This document shows positions 36,600 through 45,698 of a stretch of 64,000 bases of DNA, piece by piece (the stretch's first letter is position 1; each line of letters starts with the position of its first letter). Under the pieces are notes generated by a model. It did not search any database, was not told the DNA's origin, and saw only the letters and a list, made by a program, of their open reading frames with translations. Origin of the DNA: Alistipes sp. (GTDB lineage Bacteria > Bacteroidota > Bacteroidia > Bacteroidales > Rikenellaceae); assembly GCA_045654925.1 (NCBI GenBank), contig JAZOOI010000024.1, positions 1,552 through 65,551 of the forward strand, in the 5' to 3' direction. A program made the translations under genes and the position numbers.

Positions 36600-39578
36600 A
36601 TGCAGAGGAAAATAGCACTTTTGATTACACTATCACTTGTGGCTCTTATGCCAATGATGGCAACAGCGTCACAGCCCGATATTCGTCAGCGTAAGGCTCT
36701 CATTGAGGATATGATGCAGCGTAACCGATGGGGTGATGCTCGTATTATGCTCGACCGCATGGCCGAGGAGCTCGATGAAGAGAAGAATAGGTACGATATG
36801 GAGTGGGTAGACTATCAGCGTATCTATTGTGATATGGGTCTTGGCATTTCGGATATCGACGCAATGATGTCGCGCTATGTGGAGAAGTATCCACAGGGGC
36901 GTTATAGCAATAGCGTACTCTTCCTCCTCGGTACCTACTATTGTGATGTTGAGAACTTCGAGAGTGCTGAGAAGGTATACGACATGGTTGAGTATAAGTA
37001 TCTCGACGGCCACGAGAAGGAGCGCTTCGACATTCGCAGAGGATATATCTACTTTGTGGCCGGGAAGTATAACGATGCATATCCATACTTCTCGCGCATA
37101 AAGAGCAGCAGCGAGTTCTTCCCTCATGCTTTGTATTTTCTCTCATACATAGCCTATGTCAACAACGACTATGAGACTGCGGCTCATGGCTTTGAGCGTC
37201 TGCAGAGTGTCAATGACTATGCTAAGCTTATGCCATACTACCTCATGCAGATTGAGTATCGCAGTGCAAACTATGATTACATTATAGCCAACGGTGAGAA
37301 GTTGTTGCAGACGGCATCCGATGAGGTGCGTCCCGACCTTGTTCGCATCATGGCCGAGGCCTACTTTGCGGCTGAGGACTATGCTCAGGCTGTGCGTTAT
37401 ATCTCGGAGTATCCTGCCGAGCTTATGGGACGTCAGGAGAACTACATCCGAGGCTACTCGTTATATCGTCTTGCCATGTATGAGCAGGCTATAGAGCCTC
37501 TGAGAAATGTGTGCGGTAAGGTTGATGAGCTCACGCAGAATGCATCGTACTACCTCGGTGACTGCTATCTGAAGGTCGATGATAAGGTGCAGGCGGCTAA
37601 TGCCTTCGGTATGGCCTCGACAGAGGGCTTTGACGAGAGTATTGCCGAGTACTCGCTATTCAATAGAGGTTGTCTAATGTATGAGCTTGGTGGTGGCGTG
37701 TTCAACGAGGATATCAGCATCCTCCAAAACTATCTCGAGCGATATCCAAATTCGCCCAATGTGCCAAAGGTTAAGGAGTTGCTCATTGCTGCCTACCATA
37801 ACTCTCAGAACTACGATGCTGCCTATGCAGCTATCAAGGAGTATCAAAATCCCGATGTAGATGTTAAGTTGGCGCATCAGCGTGTTGCTCTATTCCGTGC
37901 CGTAGATGCCATCAACAATGGCGATTTGGAGAGTGCCGATATACTCCTTGCTGAGGCTGAAAAGCTAAATATCAATATCAAATATACCGTTCTATCACTC
38001 TTCTGGCAGGGCGAGGTGGCCTATGCTAAGGGCGATATGGAGCTTGCTAAGCAGAAGTATGGTGACTTTATGCGTCGTGTGAGCAAAACTAATAGTGAGT
38101 ATCTCTTGGCGCACTATGGCATGGGCTATGTGCACTTTGCGCTCGACGATATGGAGAGTGCCGAGAAGTCGTTTGAAACCTTCGTGCGCGACTATGGCTA
38201 CCGCGATAGCTACATGTACGATGCTCATAACCGATTAGGCGATGCTCGCTACGCAATGCGTAAGTTCTCTTCGGCACGCAAGGCCTATAATATCTCTGTT
38301 GCTGCTGAGAGCCCCGAGCGTAACTATGCTCGCTATCAGATAGCTATCATCGATGGCGTGGAGTCGAAGACAAACGATAAAATAGAGCGCCTCAAGGGCA
38401 TTGTCATGGATGGCGAAGGTGAGTATGTCGATGATGCTTGGTATGAGCTTGGTCGTACATATATGAGTGTTCAGCGCTATGACGATGGCGCTAAGACATT
38501 GCAGGAGTTTGTCGATACCGACACACTATCGCCTTATCGCGTCGATGCACTCTCAAACCTTGGCTTGGCATACTATAACCTCGATCGTAAGAGTGAGGCA
38601 CGTCGTTGCTATGAGCGTGTCGTCGAGTATGACCCTCAGTCGTCAAAGGCCTTGGAGGCTATGCGTTCAATACGCGAGATCTATGTTGCCGATGGTAATA
38701 TCGACGAGTATTTCGCCTATGCAGAGCGCTGTGGCGTGCAGAGCGATATGAGCGCAGCGGCGCGTGACTCATTGACCTTTGCTGCAGCCAAGAACGCCTA
38801 CTTCGATGGTAATAAGGTGGTGGCAACATCAAAGTTGCAGAACTACGTAAATAGCTTCTCGAATGGCTATAACCGCACTGAGGCATTGTTCTATTTGAGC
38901 GATTGCCATATAAATGCTGGTGACTACCAGTCTGCCATGGTGACTCTTGAGGAGTTGTTGGCGCATGGTAATACAATCTACACCGAGCGAGCCTTGAACG
39001 TATATGCCCCTATGTCGTTCGACCTGGAGGCCTATGATAAATCTATGTCTGCGTATCGTCGTTTGTATGATATGTTGGGTGATAGCGATAAGCGTGTGCG
39101 TGCTGCGGACGGCTATGTTGAGGCTGCCATGAAGCTCAACGATACTGTAACGATAAAGAGCGTTGCCGACGATGTTGCCTCAATGACCGATGTGTCGGCA
39201 TGGGCGCGTCGTCATGTCTCGCTTGCCAAGGCAAATGTTGTCCGTGAGGAGGGTGATATTGAGCAGGCGATGAAGCTGTATGCACCACTCGCTGAGGACC
39301 GCACTACGGCAGAGGGTACCGAGGCGTACTATTATATGGTTGCCGATGTCTTCAATCGTGGTGATCTCTCGAATGCTGAGCAGATGGTCTACGACATGGG
39401 TAAATGTGGCTCGATATATTGGCAGGCAAAGACGTTCATATTGTTGGGTGATATCTTTGTGATGCAGGACAACAACTTCCAGGCACGTGCTACCTACCAG
39501 AGTATCGTCGATGGCTATTCAGTTAAGGATGACGGAATCATCGAGGAGGCACAGCAGCGCATAAACTCTCTTAAATAA
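36600..39578 (+). CDS. Large secreted TPR protein
   Basis: ~1000 aa of TPR repeats; C-terminal DNNFQARATYQSIV; Bacteroidetes pair with the downstream beta-barrel. Confidence 0.88.
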   Translation: MQRKIALLITLSLVALMPMMATASQPDIRQRKALIEDMMQRNRWGDARIMLDRMAEELDEEKNRYDMEWVDYQRIYCDMGLGISDIDAMMSRYVEKYPQGRYSNSVLFLLGTYYCDVENFESAEKVYDMVEYKYLDGHEKERFDIRRGYIYFVAGKYNDAYPYFSRIKSSSEFFPHALYFLSYIAYVNNDYETAAHGFERLQSVNDYAKLMPYYLMQIEYRSANYDYIIANGEKLLQTASDEVRPDLVRIMAEAYFAAEDYAQAVRYISEYPAELMGRQENYIRGYSLYRLAMYEQAIEPLRNVCGKVDELTQNASYYLGDCYLKVDDKVQAANAFGMASTEGFDESIAEYSLFNRGCLMYELGGGVFNEDISILQNYLERYPNSPNVPKVKELLIAAYHNSQNYDAAYAAIKEYQNPDVDVKLAHQRVALFRAVDAINNGDLESADILLAEAEKLNINIKYTVLSLFWQGEVAYAKGDMELAKQKYGDFMRRVSKTNSEYLLAHYGMGYVHFALDDMESAEKSFETFVRDYGYRDSYMYDAHNRLGDARYAMRKFSSARKAYNISVAAESPERNYARYQIAIIDGVESKTNDKIERLKGIVMDGEGEYVDDAWYELGRTYMSVQRYDDGAKTLQEFVDTDTLSPYRVDALSNLGLAYYNLDRKSEARRCYERVVEYDPQSSKALEAMRSIREIYVADGNIDEYFAYAERCGVQSDMSAAARDSLTFAAAKNAYFDGNKVVATSKLQNYVNSFSNGYNRTEALFYLSDCHINAGDYQSAMVTLEELLAHGNTIYTERALNVYAPMSFDLEAYDKSMSAYRRLYDMLGDSDKRVRAADGYVEAAMKLNDTVTIKSVADDVASMTDVSAWARRHVSLAKANVVREEGDIEQAMKLYAPLAEDRTTAEGTEAYYYMVADVFNRGDLSNAEQMVYDMGKCGSIYWQAKTFILLGDIFVMQDNNFQARATYQSIVDGYSVKDDGIIEEAQQRINSLK

Positions 39579-39584
39579 TCGACT

Positions 39585-41258
39585 ATGAAACGAAGAAATA
39601 TACTTATTACGCTACTTCTCGTAGCAGCTATGGGTGTTATGCCTATAGATGCTCTGGCGCAGAACAATCGTCGTGTGGAGGTCACCAAGGCCTACTCACC
39701 CGAGGTGTCGGCCGCAACAAAGCTCCTTGCACCAACGATTATTAACGATTCAACGGTCTACAATCCCGATATAGAGTATAACGTCTTGCGCGAGACATGG
39801 AATACCTCTTTGAGTGCCCATGACTTCAATCCTGCGACCTATCAATTCTGGAATAACTCAACATCGCAGCATTTCTTCGTCAAGGCAGATGCAGGATTTC
39901 CTCTTGCTTCGGACGCGGTGTTGCGCTATACCTTGCAGCACAAGCGTTTGGGTTATCTCAATGTGGGTGTCAACCATGTTGGCGACTATGCAGCACGCTA
40001 TAATGTCGAGGGTGTTAAGCGCTCTATGGCAAATAGCCTCTCAATGCGCAATGGCGTAGATGTGGGTGGAGGTGTAATCTTCGATAAATACCTCTTGGAC
40101 GCCTATGCAGCCTACGATAATAGCCTCTTTAACCGCTATGCCGAGGTTGGAGCTCCTGCGCGTGTGGACTTCCATGATGCTCGTATGGCTGTACGCTTTG
40201 GCGATAGCTTCAGCAACCTCAAGCGCCTAAACTTCTCGGTGGAGGCTCACGGCGGCTACTGGTACCATAAATTACCTATGGCTGTGGAGAGTATTAATTC
40301 CTATGGTGAGGCTAATGTCGGTGCTTCGGCTACGTTGGCACGTCTCTTCTTCAATAAGAATAGGGTAGATGTCAAGGCTTCGTACGATATGTGGATGGGT
40401 GGTGACATCTATCGCGATACTCGTATAGGTGTAGATGTGGGCTATGCTCGTAGATTTAAGGCTGTGAATGTTGAGGTTGGTGTGGGCTATATCTTCGATA
40501 AGGTGGCTGGTCGTAGCAGAGCGTCACACTTCATCACCCCCCATGCTAAGGTGTTGCTCGACCTCAAGCTCGACGCCTTTACTCCATATTTCGAGGCGAA
40601 TACTCATGTTGGCCAGAATAGCGTGGCAGCACTATATAGACGTAATCCATATATCGACTTTGGTGCTATGGGTGCGCAGTTCGGCAAGATGGCAAACGAC
40701 CTAAGCTACAATCTCTCGATAGGCTTCACTGGCAATGTGCAGACACGCTTCGCCTATAGAGCATTCTTCGGTGTAAACTTTGTGCAAAATCAGACACTAT
40801 TCTATCTCACCCCTGAGCATAACTTCTCGGCTGTGAGCGCTAATAACACTCGCCTGGTATATGGTGCTGAGTTAGAGTATATGCCAATCGGTGGTCTTCG
40901 CCTCGGTGGCTCTATCATGGGCGTGGTGGACAATGTGAATTCGTTGTATTGGTCTAACGACCCAGCCTATGAGGCCTCTATCTTCGCGGAGTATACCTTG
41001 CGACGTTGGCACTTCGGCATTACATCCGACTTCGTGGGTAAGCGCCACTGGTCACAGGTCGATGAGCGCGGTAGCTTCCTTGCTCCTGTTGGGCATAAGG
41101 GTTATATCGACCTAGGTGCTAACATCAGTTTCCGTGCTACAAATAGCGTTGATGTATTTGCTGAGGGTGTTAATCTTATTAACGCTAAGATCTACGACTA
41201 TGCTAACTACTATCGTAGTGGCATTGGCTTCAAGGTGGGTGTAAAGATAGAGTTCTAA
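39585..41258 (+). CDS. Outer membrane beta-barrel (TonB-dependent receptor-like)
   Basis: Signal peptide, VEVTKAYSPEV, amphipathic strands, DLGA..NLIN, terminal Phe. Confidence 0.75.
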   Translation: MKRRNILITLLLVAAMGVMPIDALAQNNRRVEVTKAYSPEVSAATKLLAPTIINDSTVYNPDIEYNVLRETWNTSLSAHDFNPATYQFWNNSTSQHFFVKADAGFPLASDAVLRYTLQHKRLGYLNVGVNHVGDYAARYNVEGVKRSMANSLSMRNGVDVGGGVIFDKYLLDAYAAYDNSLFNRYAEVGAPARVDFHDARMAVRFGDSFSNLKRLNFSVEAHGGYWYHKLPMAVESINSYGEANVGASATLARLFFNKNRVDVKASYDMWMGGDIYRDTRIGVDVGYARRFKAVNVEVGVGYIFDKVAGRSRASHFITPHAKVLLDLKLDAFTPYFEANTHVGQNSVAALYRRNPYIDFGAMGAQFGKMANDLSYNLSIGFTGNVQTRFAYRAFFGVNFVQNQTLFYLTPEHNFSAVSANNTRLVYGAELEYMPIGGLRLGGSIMGVVDNVNSLYWSNDPAYEASIFAEYTLRRWHFGITSDFVGKRHWSQVDERGSFLAPVGHKGYIDLGANISFRATNSVDVFAEGVNLINAKIYDYANYYRSGIGFKVGVKIEF

Positions 41259-41269
41259 TATTGCAAGTT

Positions 41270-41893
41270 ATGGCAAGCAAACAGAAAAAGGGTGGGTTCA
41301 ATATCGTCAAGGACATCATCAATAGACCCACGAGCCGTCAGTCGGATGTGACACTATTATGGGGTATAGCCTGGCTCATTATAATATCAATCGTTGGCTG
41401 GTACTTCCGCATAGCGCCTACGTCGATGTTTGGATTTATATCGGTGGGCTACATACCACTATTGTGGCACGTGGTACTCAACACTATCATATGGGTGGTG
41501 TCGTGTGTGCTCCCCTTTGCTCATGCAGTCTATGTCAGCCGTAAGACACGCACCGTGGAGCTATTCGGCCGTATGCTCTATGCACACTGGCCCGTGGTGT
41601 TGCTCATGTTGCCAGGTATCGTCGGCAATAAGTCCCTATATAACACCTTCATGTCGGGTTTCAATAGGTATAACCTCGCCTTGAGCTTCGACCTCTATCC
41701 CGAGTACTCGACACTTATGCTCATCATGACATGTATTATCCTAATATGGTATCTCTATTGGAGCTATAATGCCTTTAGCGGTGCTACGGGATGTAATAAG
41801 TTGCGCTATTTTGCTACCCATGTATTGGTGATTATGTTCTCGCAGTATCTCACAGCCATCACCCTTGAGGAGGTGTACAAGAGTATAGTATGA
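41270..41893 (+). CDS. Integral membrane protein (Yip1-like)
   Basis: About five hydrophobic segments. Confidence 0.6.
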   Translation: MASKQKKGGFNIVKDIINRPTSRQSDVTLLWGIAWLIIISIVGWYFRIAPTSMFGFISVGYIPLLWHVVLNTIIWVVSCVLPFAHAVYVSRKTRTVELFGRMLYAHWPVVLLMLPGIVGNKSLYNTFMSGFNRYNLALSFDLYPEYSTLMLIMTCIILIWYLYWSYNAFSGATGCNKLRYFATHVLVIMFSQYLTAITLEEVYKSIV

Positions 41894-41931
41894 TGCTGTG
41901 ATGGGGTGGTGCGATAGGGATAAAAAAAAGA

Positions 41932-42027
41932 GGGTAAGCTACTTATATCGCACCGCTACAACCGCATACCCTTGCTCAATTCCTTGCCTGGGGGATTCTG
42001 CAGGAGCTGGTCGTATAAGACTTACCC
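41932..42027 (-). ncRNA. ffs: Signal recognition particle RNA (4.5S)
   Basis: Minus strand is a long hairpin GGGTAAG...CTTACCC with domain IV CAGG-CAA-GGAA-TTG-AGCA; -7 box TACTTTTG at 42033-42040; T-run after. Confidence 0.85.
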
Positions 42028-42076
42028 GGGCACAAAAGTAGTAAAAAAAAGTATTTTTCCAAAATAAAATTGAAAA

Positions 42077-43102
42077 ATGCGCAAAAAAATAATTTATATA
42101 TCTCTGGTAGTCGCTCTCGTTGTGGGAGTTATGGCGTTTGTGGGCTATCGTATGTTTTTCGGTTCGGCTGTAGATAAGAGCTTCACCGTGGAGCTTCGCG
42201 AGGGTGAGAGCTACGATGAGATGGTTGCCAAGGTCAAGGCTGGTATCGACAACCATATGGCCTTTGATTACTACGCCGACCACCTGAATCTCGCCTCGAC
42301 AATTAAGCCTGGATGCTACGAGATAAAGGAGGGTATGACCGTCATCGATATTGTGCGCATGCTCAAGATAGGCGTTCGCAACACTTCGAAGATTGTAATC
42401 AACAATGTGCGCACTCCCGAGGCCTTGGCATCGAAGATTGCCGCATCTATCGACATCGATGAGGAGGAGCTCGTGCAGCTGCTCACCAGCGAGGAGTATG
42501 CCGAGGAGTGTGGCTTCGACTCGCCTATGGCTCTCTTTGCGAGCTTCTTGCCCAACACCTATGAGGTGGATAGCAACGTCACTCCTCGTGAGTTGCTCGA
42601 CTGCCTACGTCGTGAGTCGATGAATTATTGGCAGCGCGAGGAGGTTAGGTCGCGTCTCGATGCTCTTGTGGCAAACACTCCTATCGAGGGGTGGTACGAT
42701 GTCATGGTGTTGGCATCTATCGTCCATGAGGAGACCAAGGCGGAGGATGAGATGGCACGTGTTGCGGGTGTATATATAAATAGGTTGAATAGGCCAATGC
42801 TCCTCCAAGCAGACCCTACGGTGAAGTATGCTGTGGGTGACCCTACGCTCAAACGCATACTTAATAAGCATCTCGAGGTAGACTCTCCATACAACACCTA
42901 TAAGCACCTGGGACTACCGCCAACACCCATCTCTATGCCCGATATGGCAGCTATTGAGGCGGTGTTGAACTACGAGAAACACGATTACATATATTTCTGT
43001 GCTCGCCCTGAGCTCGATGGACGTCACAACTTTGCTAGAACCCTGTCGGAGCATAATCGCAATGCTAAGGCCTATCATAATGCTATAAACAAATTGAAAT
43101 AG
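42077..43102 (+). CDS. mltG: Endolytic transglycosylase MltG
   Basis: LASIVHEET, VAGVYINRL, LQADPT, SPYNTY..GLPPTPI, HNFA. Confidence 0.95.
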   Translation: MRKKIIYISLVVALVVGVMAFVGYRMFFGSAVDKSFTVELREGESYDEMVAKVKAGIDNHMAFDYYADHLNLASTIKPGCYEIKEGMTVIDIVRMLKIGVRNTSKIVINNVRTPEALASKIAASIDIDEEELVQLLTSEEYAEECGFDSPMALFASFLPNTYEVDSNVTPRELLDCLRRESMNYWQREEVRSRLDALVANTPIEGWYDVMVLASIVHEETKAEDEMARVAGVYINRLNRPMLLQADPTVKYAVGDPTLKRILNKHLEVDSPYNTYKHLGLPPTPISMPDMAAIEAVLNYEKHDYIYFCARPELDGRHNFARTLSEHNRNAKAYHNAINKLK

Positions 43103-43104
43103 AT

Positions 43105-43689
43105 ATGAGTAATAATCCATTTTGGAATGACGCACTGAAGTATGGTGCTATACTCGGCGCTCTGATGAGCTTGTCGACAATCTTTGAGAACTACCTAATC
43201 TATTATAGCGATGTGCCACTTGTCAAGGCCTCGATGATCTACCTTGTGGAGTGGTTCGCTGCCATTGTGGTATACGTATGGTTGTTAGTGCGTTTCACCA
43301 AGCGCTACTCGAATAACTTCGCACCAGAGGAGGGCTTCAACTTCTCGCAAGGCTTCGGCTTCATCGTCATGCTCTCGCTCCTTGTTGCTGTCATCGTGGG
43401 CATGATGACAACACTCTTCTACTCCATAGCTGGCTACGACCTCTTCATTGATGGCTACCTCGCCCGCATAGATGAGATGATGAGCTACATGGGTGAGAAT
43501 AATCTCCTTACACAGCCGTTGAGCGAGGATATAGAGGTTATGCGCGATGCCATCAGATATAGCACGCAGCCATCTATGCTCAGTAGCATCCTCGCCGCCA
43601 TTAGCAATTATGTATTCTCGGGCATGGTCGTTGGTGTTATCATCGCCCTTTCAGTACGTCGTAAGCCACAAATGAATATTCATGAGTAG
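43105..43689 (+). CDS. DUF4199-like membrane protein
   Basis: ALKYGAILG, FSQGF, four TMs; next to a GT2 gene. Confidence 0.7.
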   Translation: MSNNPFWNDALKYGAILGALMSLSTIFENYLIYYSDVPLVKASMIYLVEWFAAIVVYVWLLVRFTKRYSNNFAPEEGFNFSQGFGFIVMLSLLVAVIVGMMTTLFYSIAGYDLFIDGYLARIDEMMSYMGENNLLTQPLSEDIEVMRDAIRYSTQPSMLSSILAAISNYVFSGMVVGVIIALSVRRKPQMNIHE

Positions 43690-44641
43690 TATGAAGCAGA
43701 GTTTGGATATATCGGTTGTCGTCCCCCTCTATAACGAGGAGGAGTCGTTGCCCGAGCTTGTGGCATGGATTGATAGGGTGGCGCGCGAAAATAGCCTATC
43801 CTATGAGATTATCATGGTCGACGATGGCTCCGACGATGCGTCGTGGTCGGTAGTTGAGTGCCTTAGTGGTGAGTATAATACCATACGTGCCATACGCTTT
43901 ATGCGTAACTATGGCAAGTCCGCAGCCCTCTATTGTGGCTTCGAGATGGCACAGGGTGATGTTGTCTTCACTATGGATGCCGACTTGCAGGACTCTCCCG
44001 ATGAGATTCCCGAGATGCGACGCATGATATTGGAGGGGGGCTATGACGTGGTATCGGGCTGGAAGCGTAAGCGCTACGACCCCATAGGCAAGCGTCTGCC
44101 CAGCAAGTTCTTCAACTTCACGGCGCGCCTCATGTCGGGCATAAAGCTCCATGACTTCAACTGCGGTCTTAAGGCCTATCGCCGTAAGGTCGTTAAGTCG
44201 ATAGAGGTATATGGCGAGATGCATCGCTACATCCCCATCTTGGCTAAACATGCTGGCTTCAAGCGTATTGGCGAGAAGGTAGTCCAGCACCAGGAACGCA
44301 AGTATGGTAAGTCGAAGTTTGGCATGGAGCGTATGATAAAGGGGTATCTCGACCTCATTAGCGTCTCGTTCATGTCGCGCTTCGGACGTTCACCGATGTA
44401 TCTCTTCGGAGGCCTCGGCACGCTGATGTTCATCGCGGGATTTATCGCTACGGTGTGGATTATCGTCGAGAAGTTCGCCTCCGACGTCCCTATCACCAAC
44501 CAGCCGCTATTCTACCTCTCGCTTGTGGCCATCGTACTTGGTGTCGTGTTGTTCCTCGCAGGTTTCCTCGGCGAGATGATTAACCGCCGTGCTCCCGAGC
44601 GTAATAGCTACCTCATTGATGAGACTATTGATAATAATTAA
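43682..44641 (+). CDS. Glycosyltransferase family 2 (polyprenol-phosphate glycosyltransferase-like)
   Basis: VVPLYNEEE, VDDGS, RNYGKSAAL, MDADLQD, HDFNCGLKAY; two C-terminal TMs. Confidence 0.92.
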   Translation: MSSMKQSLDISVVVPLYNEEESLPELVAWIDRVARENSLSYEIIMVDDGSDDASWSVVECLSGEYNTIRAIRFMRNYGKSAALYCGFEMAQGDVVFTMDADLQDSPDEIPEMRRMILEGGYDVVSGWKRKRYDPIGKRLPSKFFNFTARLMSGIKLHDFNCGLKAYRRKVVKSIEVYGEMHRYIPILAKHAGFKRIGEKVVQHQERKYGKSKFGMERMIKGYLDLISVSFMSRFGRSPMYLFGGLGTLMFIAGFIATVWIIVEKFASDVPITNQPLFYLSLVAIVLGVVLFLAGFLGEMINRRAPERNSYLIDETIDNN

Positions 44642-44653
44642 AACTAAAATATT

Positions 44654-45112
44654 ATGATTCAGCGTATTCAGACCCTTTATCTTATTGTCGCCACCATACT
44701 CATGGCGATGACACTCATCTTCCCCATTGCCTTGTTCCAGGTGTCGGGCGTGGAATTCACACTCTCGGCATTCTCGTTCAGCGGTGCCAACGAGTCACAA
44801 TCAACATTATATATGGGCATACTCCTCGCCTTGGCTACGGCAGTGCCCCTTGTGACCATCTTCCTCTTCAAGCGCCGTACGCTGCAGATACGCCTCTGCG
44901 CTGTGGAGGCAGTGCTGCTCCTCGGTACTCTCGTATTCATCGGCTTGTACTACTGGCTGTCGAACCGCTTCTTCGAGGACTATACTATTGACCATAAGCA
45001 GTTTGGTTGGTCTGCTATCATGCCAGTGTTGGCTCTTATCCTCGACCTCATGGCGGCACGTGCCATCTTCAAGGATGAGGTGTTGGTGCGCTCACTCGAC
45101 CGCATACGATAG
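44654..45112 (+). CDS. DUF4293 family membrane protein
   Basis: MIQRIQTLYL...IFLFKRRTLQIRL...DEVLVRSLDRIR. Confidence 0.88.
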   Translation: MIQRIQTLYLIVATILMAMTLIFPIALFQVSGVEFTLSAFSFSGANESQSTLYMGILLALATAVPLVTIFLFKRRTLQIRLCAVEAVLLLGTLVFIGLYYWLSNRFFEDYTIDHKQFGWSAIMPVLALILDLMAARAIFKDEVLVRSLDRIR

Positions 45113-45136
45113 AAAGGAGTAATTGGTAATGAGTAA

Positions 45137-45323
45137 TTAGTAGGGAGTTTAAGGAACTTAGGGCGTTTAAGAGAATGTTGTCTTCGCCCTCCTTAAATTC
45201 CCTAAACTCTATAACTTCCTTAATGTGCGCGCTCTGTGAGATGCCAACGTCGCTATCGCTCCTCGACATGACGGTGCATATGAGTGCGTCATTGCGAGGC
45301 TTGGCACAAGCCGTGGCAATCTC
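45137..45323. repeat. Composite repeat: 9-mer hairpin + REP-A + REP-B
   Basis: 45287-45323 is the exact reverse complement of 4924-4960; same module order as 3410-3635. Confidence 0.85.
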
Positions 45324-45404
45324 AAATAGAGAAAGTAGAAACCATTACTAAATACTAATTATCCCATTAACGCTATTGTTTCAAAAAAAGTTTGTATATT
45401 TGCG

Positions 45405-45655
45405 CCAATTAAGGGGTGCTGCTCCTTCACTTGGATATATCGCAGGGCGTCAAGCTTTATTGAATATGTAATGTTGCATAGCCACTTGCGAACGAAGTGA
45501 CCTGGCAAGAGACTACCCACAAAGTCTCCCTTATCAAAGGGAGATTTAGAGGGATTGTAGGTATCTTGGCATAGCCACTTGCGAACTAAGTGAAGCACAG
45601 TGGCTGAGAGTATACCCATTGTACCGGATACGGGTAATGCCGAGACCGGGATTGG
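45405..45655 (+). promoter_or_regulatory. TPP riboswitch with long P3 insertion
   Basis: CCAAT..AGGGGTGC (45405-45419) ... GCTGAGA-GTATACCC-ATTGTACCGGATACGGGTAATGCCGAGACCGGGA-TTGG; -7 box at 45395-45402; upstream of TBDR-pnuC. Confidence 0.85.
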
Positions 45656-45698
45656 ACATATCTTATTTAGCCCCTTTTCAACCTAAAATTTATAGAGT

